From positions 1-64,000 of the IMG/VR virus record IMGVR_UViG_3300047545_000339: DNA of 64,000 bases; one strand, written 5' to 3'. Positions 29,515 to 40,000 of this stretch are shown piece by piece (position 1 is the first letter of the stretch; each line of letters starts with the position of its first letter). A program made the position numbers and the translations under genes. Origin of the DNA: a virus. Taxonomy: Duplodnaviria; Caudoviricetes. The notes under the pieces were generated by a model that had not been told where the DNA came from, did not search any database, and was given only the letters and a program-made list of their open reading frames with translations.

Positions 29515-30201
29515 ATGGCTTATACACGCGGAGATTCAAAGCAGATTATCGTAGGCGCAGCAGCCATGTTCGTCAGCAACACTGGTGAGTTTGATTCAAC
29601 AACAGCACTACCAGACTTCGTTGCTGGAGAAAAGTATCAAGAAACACTTTCAGGATCAGCAGGAACAGCAGTAGTTCGTAACGTTGGTTATACAATGAAC
29701 GGTCTAGAGCTTCAGTTCCAGCCAGATTTTGGTGAGGTACAGGTTGATCAGGTTCTTGACGTTGCTAAGTTGTACAAGCAAGGAATGCAGGTTAATCTTG
29801 CAACAGCCTTTGCTGAAGCATCACTAGAAAACCTTCTGGTAGCAATTGCAGCATCTGATACTGACTACGATGCCGATGCCACCATTGATAGCCCTCTAGG
29901 GGCAGATGGAGGAACAAAGGCTACAGCATCAGTTATGAACCTTTCTGCTGGCTCAATTGGAGAGTGTCCTGTAGAACGTGGTCTAGTTGCAGTTGGACCA
30001 GGTACAGGAGATTGTGATCCAGGAGAATATGTAGAAAGAATTTATGTTGCTTATCGTGCATTATCAATTGATAACGTAACCGTGTCAGCAAAGAGAGACG
30101 AAGCCTCAATGTTTGAGGTTTCTTTCCGTCTACTTCCAGAGGACGCATCTGGTTCATATGGAAAGATTGTTGATCGCACAGTTGCTGCACCAACAACCTG
30201 A
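29515..30201 (+). CDS. Major tail tube protein
   Basis: IIVGAA, VGYTMNGL, VDQ and FEVSFRLLP; GAGGTG RBS; upstream of the chaperones and tape measure. Confidence 0.85.
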   Translation: MAYTRGDSKQIIVGAAAMFVSNTGEFDSTTALPDFVAGEKYQETLSGSAGTAVVRNVGYTMNGLELQFQPDFGEVQVDQVLDVAKLYKQGMQVNLATAFAEASLENLLVAIAASDTDYDADATIDSPLGADGGTKATASVMNLSAGSIGECPVERGLVAVGPGTGDCDPGEYVERIYVAYRALSIDNVTVSAKRDEASMFEVSFRLLPEDASGSYGKIVDRTVAAPTT

Positions 30202-30222
30202 TAAAAAAATAACTTAATAGTC

Positions 30223-30257
30223 GACGGCCCCTAGTGCATTGCACGGGGGCCTTCGTC
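30223..30257 (+). terminator. Hairpin after the tail tube gene
   Basis: GACGGCCCCTAGTGC-ATT-GCACGGGGGCCTTCGTC imperfect stem. Confidence 0.65.
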
Positions 30258-30258
30258 A

Positions 30259-30267
30259 TGCTATAAT
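30259..30267 (+). promoter_or_regulatory. Extended -10 promoter TGCTATAAT
   Basis: Abuts the hairpin; upstream of the chaperone gene. Confidence 0.7.
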
Positions 30268-30297
30268 ATTTCTACCACAACAAGGAAAGGGAGTAAC

Positions 30298-30633
30298 ATG
30301 GCAACAACAGTATATGAAACAATGGAAATTGAAATGATGGACGGAACAAAGGTTAAAATGCGTCCTTTAAAGATTTCTCTTTTAAGAGAATTTATGAAAA
30401 CATTTGAAGGAATCACAGATGTTGCAGATAGCAATGATAAATCTATGGATCTTTTGATGGACTGTGTACAAATTGCTATGAAGCAATACGATACAAAATA
30501 TTCAGATGATCGTGTAATGCTAGAAGATAATATCGATCTTCCAAGTGTATATCAAGTAATTGAAGCAGCCGCAGGCATTAAGCTGGATTCCCAGGGAAAC
30601 GTACTGACGGCGGGGACACCTGGAGCGAACTAG
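30298..30633 (+). CDS. Tail assembly chaperone (gpG-like)
   Basis: Between the tail tube and tape measure genes; slippery site near its end. Confidence 0.85.
   Translation: MATTVYETMEIEMMDGTKVKMRPLKISLLREFMKTFEGITDVADSNDKSMDLLMDCVQIAMKQYDTKYSDDRVMLEDNIDLPSVYQVIEAAAGIKLDSQGNVLTAGTPGAN
30594..30600 (+). other. Programmed -1 frameshift site G GGA AAC
   Basis: Correctly phased X XXY YYZ heptamer; the -1 frame is open to 31016. Confidence 0.85.
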
Positions 30634-31016
30634 ATCTCGCCAAGATCGAATCTGAAGTTTTCCTTTTAGGTATATGGAAAGACTATGAAGAGTTGGAAAG
30701 TAGTCTTTCTATGCCTGAGCTTACATCAATATTAATTGCAAAAAGAGAACAAGATTATGAAGAAAAAAAGTTTCTTGCTGCAATGCAAGGAGTAGATCTT
30801 GATGCAAACAATAAATCTTCTGATGGAAAAAATCGTGGACAAAAAGAATGGGAAGACTTGAAGGCAAGAGTTTTTAGCGGTGGAGCAACAGGAGACTCTA
30901 ACGATATCATTTCTTTACAAGGAAGCAGCGCCATAAAAGCAGGAATTGGCATAGGGATGGGAATAGATTATTACTCTGTTTCTGATAAGGATGGACCTAA
31001 AAATCCACTCGGATAA
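30600..31016 (+). CDS. Frameshift extension of the tail chaperone (gpGT C-terminal part)
   Basis: The -1 frame reads RTDGGDTWSELDLAKIESEVFLLGIWKDYEELESS and continues into ORF 30693..31016. Confidence 0.8.
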   Translation, partial: RTDGGDTWSELDLAKIESEVFLLGIWKDYEELESSLSMPELTSILIAKREQDYEEKKFLAAMQGVDLDANNKSSDGKNRGQKEWEDLKARVFSGGATGDSNDIISLQGSSAIKAGIGIGMGIDYYSVSDKDGPKNPLG

Positions 31017-31025
31017 TGGTATAAT
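31017..31025 (+). promoter_or_regulatory. Extended -10 promoter TGGTATAAT
   Basis: Immediately after a TAA stop; AAGGTGA RBS precedes the tape measure ATG. Confidence 0.7.
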
Positions 31026-31045
31026 TTAATAAGGTGAAATTTTAA

Positions 31046-34000
31046 ATGTCTACCCCAGTAAATGCCAGTATTAATATATTAGTTAATACTTCTCAAGCAA
31101 CTGCTCAGCTAAGATCTTTACAAGCACAGATTGCAGCAACAAACAAAGGCATAAATTCTGGATCAGGGGCCGCAGCAGCACAACAAGCAGCTCTAAGCAA
31201 AGCACTGATGGATAGTGCTAATGCTAGCCGTATGTGGAATGCAAGGGTAGTTCCAGTCACTACTGCCACACAACAATTTTCTGATGCACTTGATAGAGGC
31301 AAAATGTCTCTTGGTCAGTATACAAGGTATGCATCTTCACAACTTCCTGGGATGAGCAGGATATTCAAACGAGAATTCGATATGATGTCTCGTGTTGCAG
31401 AGCAAAATGTTAAAAGAATGCAAACACAATATGTTGCATTAGGAAATAACGCTGCTGGAGCTGCCCAAGCAATGGCAATGACTCCAACTGCTCTAAACAA
31501 ACAGGCGGCAGCAACTCAAATTGCAGCTCAGCGTCAGATGATGATGAATAGAATGATCGATCTTGGATCAACTAAGCTTTTAAACTGGGGTAAAAATACA
31601 CAATGGGCTGGTCGACAGTTGATGGTAGGATTCTCCCTACCTCTAGCAATGATGGGGGCAGCAGCAGCAAAAGCTTTTAAAGAAATTGATAAGGCAGAAA
31701 TTTCTTTTAAAAGAGTCTATGGAAATCTTGAAACAACAACTGCTGAAATGGAAAGAAATCTTGATGCAGTAAAAGAACTTGGTGCAGAATATACTAAATA
31801 TGGTAAAAGTATGGCTAGCACTATTGATATTGCTGCACGAGTAGCAGCAACAGGAGCACAGGGGGATGCACTAGTAGCTGGAACAGAACAAACAATTAGA
31901 TTAGCAACACTTGGATTAATGGAATATGATGAAGCTCTTGATGCAACAATTGCCCTTCAAACAGCATTTCAAACTAGTAATGAAGATTTAGCACCAACTA
32001 TTGACTTTCTTAACATTGTAGAAAACGAAACAATCCTTACTATGCAAGATATGGCTGCTGCAATTCCTCGTGTTGCTCCAGTAATTAAAGGATTGGGTGG
32101 AGATGTAAAAGATCTAGCAGTAATGATGACTGCCTTACGCGAGGGTGGTGTAACTGCAGAGCAGGGAGCAAACGCCATTAAGTCTGGTCTTGGAAGACTT
32201 ATTAATCCAACTAAGGCTGCAAGAGAAGAAATGGCAAAGTACAACATAAGTATTGATGCTATCGCCCAACAAAATAAAGGCGACCTTATGGGAATGCTGA
32301 ATGATTTTAGTGATGCATTAGTTAGACTTGGAAACTTTGAGCAACAACAGGTCTTGCAAAAAGTTTTTGGAACCTATCAGTATGCAAGACTTGGAGCTCT
32401 ATTTAAGAACTTAGCAAATGACTCTGGTCAAGCAGCAAGAGCCATTGAGTTAACATCCATGTCTGTCGAAGATCTTGCAAGAGTGTCTGATAAAGAACTT
32501 AGCAAGATTGAAGAAGCGACTAGTGTCAAGTTTCAAGCGGCAATAGAAAAAATGAAGATTGCCATCGCACCAGTTGGAGAAACATTCTTAAAAATTCTTA
32601 CTCCAGTGATAGACATAGTAACAAAAATTGCTGATAAGTTTAATAATCTTCCAGATGGTATTAAAAACGCAATAACTGTAGCTATTGCTTTGATTGCAGG
32701 AATTGGTCCAATTGTTCTAATGGTTGTTGGTTTATTTGCTAACGGCATAGCAAACATAGTTAAGTTTGTTCAGATTATGAGAAAGTTTTTTGCTAGATTA
32801 AAGGGAGATTCTTCTGCATTTGGACACCTTGCTCAAAAAGAACAGGAGGCAAGACTTGCTGCAGATGGATTAAGTGGATCAACCGAAAAGCTTACAGGTA
32901 AATTTGTTATACAGCAAAGGGCACTAGAAAGGCTTATTGAGCTCCTGTCAATATATTCTGGCAGGTTAGGCTCAGTTGCAGGCATAGCTCTTCCAGCAAC
33001 TGCTCCAGGAAAGACAGGATTCGTACCAGCTGCAAAGGCTACATCAACACAGCCAAGATCTTTTTTCACCCCAATGGGAAGAATGATTCCTCCAAGAAAA
33101 TATGCTGGAGGGGTGACAGGTGTTCCAGGAACAGGAAACAAGGATACTGTACCAGCACTTTTAACTCCAGGAGAATCTGTTGTAACAAAATCTGCAACAC
33201 AAAAATATGCTCCAGTTATTGCTGCAATGAATGCAGGAACCCTTCCTGGATTTAACGGTGGACTAACCCCATCAACAACGCAGCTTCGTACAACAGATTG
33301 GGCCGCAAGATACGCTGGGATAATTCCAGGAAGAAGTATCGGTCCAATTGCTGCAAGGCTATCTGGTGCCGAAAATGAGCTAAACGAGGCAAAGGCACTT
33401 GGTAAGGGAGTAGAGGAAGCAAGAAAAAAACTTCGCAGATTGCAGCAGGCTCTAAGGGGTCTTATTGCTCAGGGAATATCTCCTACAGCGGCAGCACTTG
33501 ATAAATCTGTTGCAAGAATGAAAAAAAGAGAAAAAGAGCTTTCGAAGCCACCAGTTATTAGAAGATCAGCATCCAGAGAAGTAAGTCCACAAGCAAGAGC
33601 CCTTGGCTACGATAGGCCTATGCAACAGCTTCAGATGACAGGTGACGAAGCAAGACAAAGAGGACATCTTGGCGGAGCAGTAAGAATGCCTATAGAGCGG
33701 GCAGTAAGAATGATCGAGGCCAATCCATCAATTTATAGAGAATCTGCTAAAGAGGCTATAAGAAATCTTCAAGCATCAGGTGCTAAGTATGTTAACGTTT
33801 TCAATAACGGAATTGCGTCTATAAGTCAAACCTTAAATGCTGCAATGAATAACAATAAAGCAACAATTGATATGGCAAAAAAGGAATTGGGAAATCCAAA
33901 AAACCATGTAATGCTAAGAGAACAATTAAAAAATCTAGGAATGTCCGATGATGAAATTGAGAAAAAATTAATTCAATATACAGCAAGATTAAATGCAGAG

Positions 34001-37000
34001 CTGGATGCCGTTGCAAAACAAATTGGAGGATCAAACATACCTCTAAAGAGAAAAGACATGGACATGGCCTTACGTCGTGCAGCAGGAATAGCAGCAAAAG
34101 AAACACTAAGCTCTAGCAAAGATTATTCAGGTGGTAGGTATATTGGCCCAGGAATGGGTACTGAAAGTGAAAGAACCGCCAATGCTCGCATGATGCAAAC
34201 AAGAGGAATTTCTGTTCCAAAGGGTGGGGACAGATATGACAGACTTCCGTTATATGCTAGCAACCAAGGAAAACCTTTTTATACACAAATGCCTCAAATG
34301 GAAAAATACTTTCCAACACAGGCAAGACAATTTCCAACAGATGATTTAGCAAAAGCAGGAGTTCCCAGAAAAGAGCTGCTAGGAGCTTTTGGATCTCTTG
34401 CTAAAACACCTGCTGGCATAGGACTACAAAGACAGATTTTAGCAACACAGGGAGATGTTGAAAAAGCTTTACCACTATTCCAAAAGGGAGGACAGCTGCT
34501 TGGATACACATTTGCTCGTTCAATGAATAATGCCGCTGGACTGGAAAGTAAAAAATTAATTCCAACTGTTGGAGCGCAGTCTGGCCATGCTTCTCCAGCC
34601 CCAGCAATGGGTAAATATGGATTACAAGATGGAACTCTTTATGCACAGAAATGGATAGAGGCAGCTCAAAAATATATAGGATCTTCAAAAATTGCCACAT
34701 CTCCAGTAAAGGGTCAGCCAGTTGGAAAAGAAGATCTTAGTGGTGTAAGAATGTCTACCAAAGTATTGGCCTCAACCTTGATTGCCACCCTTGGAGATGC
34801 AAAAACATCTCTGCTTGCAGCATTTAGACAAATTCCTGCCTTTGCATGGGAAGCGACAAGGGCGATTGCCCCAATTTTTGTAGCTCTTGGTCAAGCATTT
34901 ATTCAATTAAATCCATGGATTACTAAATCTGTTGATTCTATTAAAAGATTTTTAACCCAAATTTCTTATACTTGGATGGGCTTAAAACTAACGGGTGCAG
35001 AAGCTATTAAAACAACTTTAGCAAAAGCAAAAGCGGCATATGTAGAAGTCATGCTTAAAACAATGATAATTTGGGAAAAAGCAAAGACCCTTCCCATGAA
35101 AGCAAAAAATGCATATGAAACAGCAATGATTAAAACAATGCTCGCCTGGGAATCAGTTAAAAGAATGCCAGCACAAATAAAAAATGCAGTTTCAACCTTT
35201 ATGTCAGACTTACCAAGAAATCTTCAGAGATTAAGAAATCAGGTATTTTATAGAGGACAAGATGTTTCTAGAAGAGTATCAGAAAGATTGCGTCCAGTTA
35301 GAGAAAGATTGGCAGGAATAAGGGATTCATTCAAGAGGGCTGGAACAATAGCAGCCAATCCAGTTCCACGGGCAATGACAGTAACTATTGCAGGAATGGT
35401 TGCACAAGAAAAACTTAATTCAGCAGTTACAAAAGCGTCACAAGCATTTGATCCAATAAAATCAAAGATAGTACAGTTTGGACAATCGATTTCGTCTGCT
35501 GCTCAATTTGTTTCAAAAGGATTCCAATTACTTGCAGATCCATTGGGAAGAGCAGTTGTTGTTGCCACCATCACCAGGGTTTCTCTAGAAAAGCTTAATG
35601 CAGCACTTGAGTTTGTAAGGCAAAAATTATCTCCAATAGCAACTGCATTTAATTCTGTGGTTTCAGCAGTAAAGGGTGTAGCAACAAAAATCTCTAGAAT
35701 AACCCAGCTTCTTATGGACCCACTTGGAAGAGCTGTTGTTATCTCTACTCTATCAAAAAGAATGCAAGAGGCATTCTCTAGTGCTGTTACGGCAGTAAAA
35801 GCGGGGGCAAATAAGTTATACGAGTCACTTCTTTGGGGTGCTATTAAGGCTGTAACTGGTATTGAAAAGGCTACCATTGCCATTAGAGGAGTTATTGTAA
35901 ATGTTTTCAATGGTGCTGTTACGGCAGTAAAAGCGGGGGCCACCAAGCTTTATGAATCTATGATCTTGGGTGCAATCAAGGTTGTGACTGGAGTAGAAAA
36001 AATTGTTGGGGCTTTTGCAGCCATGAGAACGATGGCAGTAACTAAGTGGAACAATGTTCTTGCTACGCTTAGAAGTGTTAACCTTAAGCAAGCATTCATT
36101 GATGCGGGTAAAGCAATTAAGGGTGCCGCAACAGGCGGAGCAGATGAAATCAAAAAATCTTTGAGATCCGCAGCAATATCCATTAGAGATGCGGGAAGAA
36201 TTGCTGGTGCAATAATTTCTAATGTTGGAGCAGCAGGAAAGGGGGTCGCTCAAGGAATAGGTGGATGGCTTGGAAAAGTAAATGAAAAAACTGGACAAAC
36301 ACGGGGACAAAGAATAAGCGGTGTAGGTAATAGCGCTGTAATGGGTCTTATGGGTGTTTCAATGGCTGCAAGCTTCCTAGAAGGAGAGCTTGGAGAAATG
36401 GCTCAAAAAATAATGCCAGTGACAATGGGCTTGATGGGTCTTCAGATGCTTCTCCCAATGCTTACAAATCCATTTGGGTTAGCAATTGTTGCAGTTGGTG
36501 CTCTTACAGCAATGTTTGTAAAAACAAGAATGGATCTAGACAATCTTGCAAGGTCAGCCGCAGAAGCTGGAGCAAATCTTGGTGGTATAGCAAACAGACA
36601 ACAGGAAATGAGTGCGGCAACTGGATATACATTTGCATCACAAAGAGCAAAAGATAGATTGTTTAGAATTAACCCAGATCAAAAAGAATCAATGTCTCAA
36701 TTCTCAGAGTACTTTGAGTCTGAAAGAGGAACAAAATTCCTTGACAATCTTAGAGAATTAACCTCTGCTGAAAGATATACCGAAGTAGCAAAAATGATCT
36801 CTATGGCAATTGCCGATGGTATGGATGAAGAAACAGCAAAAGCATATGGATATTCTGTAGCCTATTATCTTAATGATGCTGTTATGCAAGAAAAATTAAA
36901 ATTAGATTTTGCTGCAGGTAATTTTGCTAAGGGAATTGATAACCTTATTGACATTATTGCGGAAAGACAGGCTGCCATTGACGCACTTGGTGGATATAGG

Positions 37001-40000
37001 CCAACAGATGTTGGTCAATCTGGTGCTTCACGAAGTCTAGCAAATATGACGGGAATAGGAAAATATGATACTCAAAAATCTATGTTTGCCGAAGGTCTAG
37101 GAAAGACTGGAGCCGCCGCTGGTGTAGGAACTCTTGCTGGCCTTGGAGTTGGTCTTGGGGCAACAATGGCAATGTATGGGGTTGGTTTGGGTGCAGCCCT
37201 GTCTGCTGGTGTTGCTGGTGCTACAGCAGGTTCTGTTGTTCCAATTGTTGGAACAGTTATTGGGGCAATTACTGGAACACTTATCGGAGGCTTGGTAGCA
37301 TGGAAGCAATATCAAGATCAGGTTGCAAGACTTAATGAAAATATTGGCAGTGCTGCAAGAATAATGGGTGGGTCTATCCAAGTTTTAGGAGAACTAAGAG
37401 GAGCAGAACAACTTCTTATTGAAAAGAGGCAAGAGGGATTAATTTCTGCTGAAGAATATGCTACTGAAATGGCAAGAGTTGATCAAATAGAAGCTAAGGC
37501 AACAGCAAATATGTCATCTGTTATTCAGTCTATGATGATGGGTGGTCAGGTAGATACTGGAGCATTAAACGAAGCACTTAAGAGCCAATTAATTGTTTCT
37601 GGTTTTGAGGGTGATCTTGCTGGAGCAGTAGTTGGAACAATAAATGTAGAAAATATCGCTAAAGCTCTTTTCCCAGAAGAAGACCTTGACACAATTCTTG
37701 CAGATCAAGCAAAGAGGTCAGCAATAACGGCAGTAATGATTGAGTCTCTTGCTGGAATTACCCCAGAAAATGCAAAACAAAGGGTATCTGATGTTACATC
37801 TCAATGGTCTAGCATATCAGAGGAGCTTCTTATTGCTGCTGAGGATGGACTGACTCAAGACGAAGCAAGGGCGGTTCTTGCAGGTAAAAGGGCTGGACAA
37901 ATTGTTATGGATAGGCTACTGGGTGGAGCAGAAGGATCAATTGAGGGATATTCAGCAGGAACAACTGCATCAGATTATGAAAAAGCAGCAGATGCTCTTT
38001 CAAGAATTGCTGCTGGAAATACAACAAACCTTCCATCGGGTGTAAAAATTGTTGAAGGAAAAGAGGGAGATCCTGATCGTGTTGAAGTAAATGGAAGAGT
38101 CTATGAGGCAAGTGCCGCTGGAGAAGAAAAAAAGAGTTTAGCAGTCAGAGTAGCTGAAGGACAACTTGGAACCGCAATTCCAGAAGATGGGGCGACCCCC
38201 GCGCAAAGCTCCACATTAAATTTTGCACAAAATGATTTAGATATTATATCTCGTAGTTATGGCTACAATGAAGATGCAATAAATTTCATAGCCAATAGTG
38301 CTAAACAAATGGGAGTAACGGTACAAGAGTTTTTAGCAGATGCCATGGCAGATCCAACCTATGGACCAGCCTTTGTAGAAAATATGGAAGCAGCACTTAA
38401 AGATGAAAACTTTGATTGGATGCAACTTGAAGGTTTAGGAATAGGGACAACGGCTGAGCAAATTAAAGAATCAATCATGCTTGCCCTAGATCTATCTGAT
38501 GTAAAAATAAAATATCCAGAACTTGAGGTCACAGATGTTGGAACAACTGAGCAGTATATATCTGGTGCAGCAACAGCCTGGGCAGCATTACCAGAAACAC
38601 AAACAGCAATTGAAGAAAGAGCTATAAGTCCAGAACAGCTAGATGTTGGTTTGGCTGCTGCAACTGATGTGTTGGGAGCAGAGGGTTTAAACGAGCTGCT
38701 TGCTACACCAGATGCAATGAACGTCCTGCTTGATCTTATTGCCAAAATGAATACCGCAGAATTTGCAGGGATGGATATGGCAAAAGCAATTGAAGAGGTT
38801 TTTGGAGGCAATACAACACAAAATGCTGAAGAATTAACAGATGGTCTTAATAAGTTTGAAGATTCGTATTCTGGAATGGGCCCAGCATTTGGAGAAAATG
38901 CCCAAATTGTTATAGATTATTTTAAGGGAATGGCTGAAGAATCAAAAAATGCTGGAGAAACATCAGAAGACTATGTTAAGAGAATGTCTCAAGAAGCAAA
39001 AGGATATGCGGAAATAATCAAGGGGATGCCAACAGATATGACGGCAAGATTAGGAATAAATATAGAAGATCCGTCAACATTCATGGAGATTGGGCCCCAC
39101 CTTGATCAAGTTATAAAGATGTGGCCAATCTTGTCTAATTTGGATAAAGGCATAGACCTAAAAGCAGCAATAGAGGCTGGGTTGCTAACTACTGAAAATG
39201 GAGAATACAAATCTCCAGATCAACTTGCAAAAGATGTTAAAACAACAAATAAAACTTGGAAGAATTTTGGAAAAGCTGAAACGTTAGAAGCTAAGAAAAA
39301 AATACTTTTTGAAATGACAGTAAACGAAAATGATCCAGAAGCCGTTAAAAAAGCAGATGAAACATGGAATAGTCTAATAGACAGGTTCGGTGAGGCAAAA
39401 GTTCTAGACATGGGTACGGATGTATTTAAAAAAGCTTGGGATCTTCAAATCACTTTAACTGGAAATGCTGACAAACTAAAAGACTTAAAAGATACCTATG
39501 CCTCTTTAGCTGTAAGACCAGGTTGGGCCGCAACCGAGGCAGGAAAAACTATGGCGGCTGACATAAAAGCCCTAGAAATAGCAATAGCTCAAGGTGAGTC
39601 TGAGATGGCCAACATTAAAATAAATCCTTCTGGAGGATCTGACACAGGTTCCAGTGGCAGTAGTGGTGGTGGAGGTGGAGGAAAAGAATCACCTCTAAAA
39701 GGATTTAAAGAAGAAATTCTTAACATGGCTAAACTTTGGACAGATGCCACCATGAGTATGGAAAAACTTAATAATGCCAAAATGTCTTTTGCTCAACAAG
39801 TTTTTAAAGGACAAGGAATATTTGATAAATTAAAGAATATAAAAGGACTTCCAAAAGATGCAATATCTCAAATTATGGAAATGGGTCCAGAAGGTTCTGA
39901 AGAATTTATTAAAAAATTTACCAAGGGTAACAAGATAACTGCTGCAGGAAAAGGATTCTTGCAGGCACAATCAGCAGCAAGAATAAACCAAATGGTTGGA

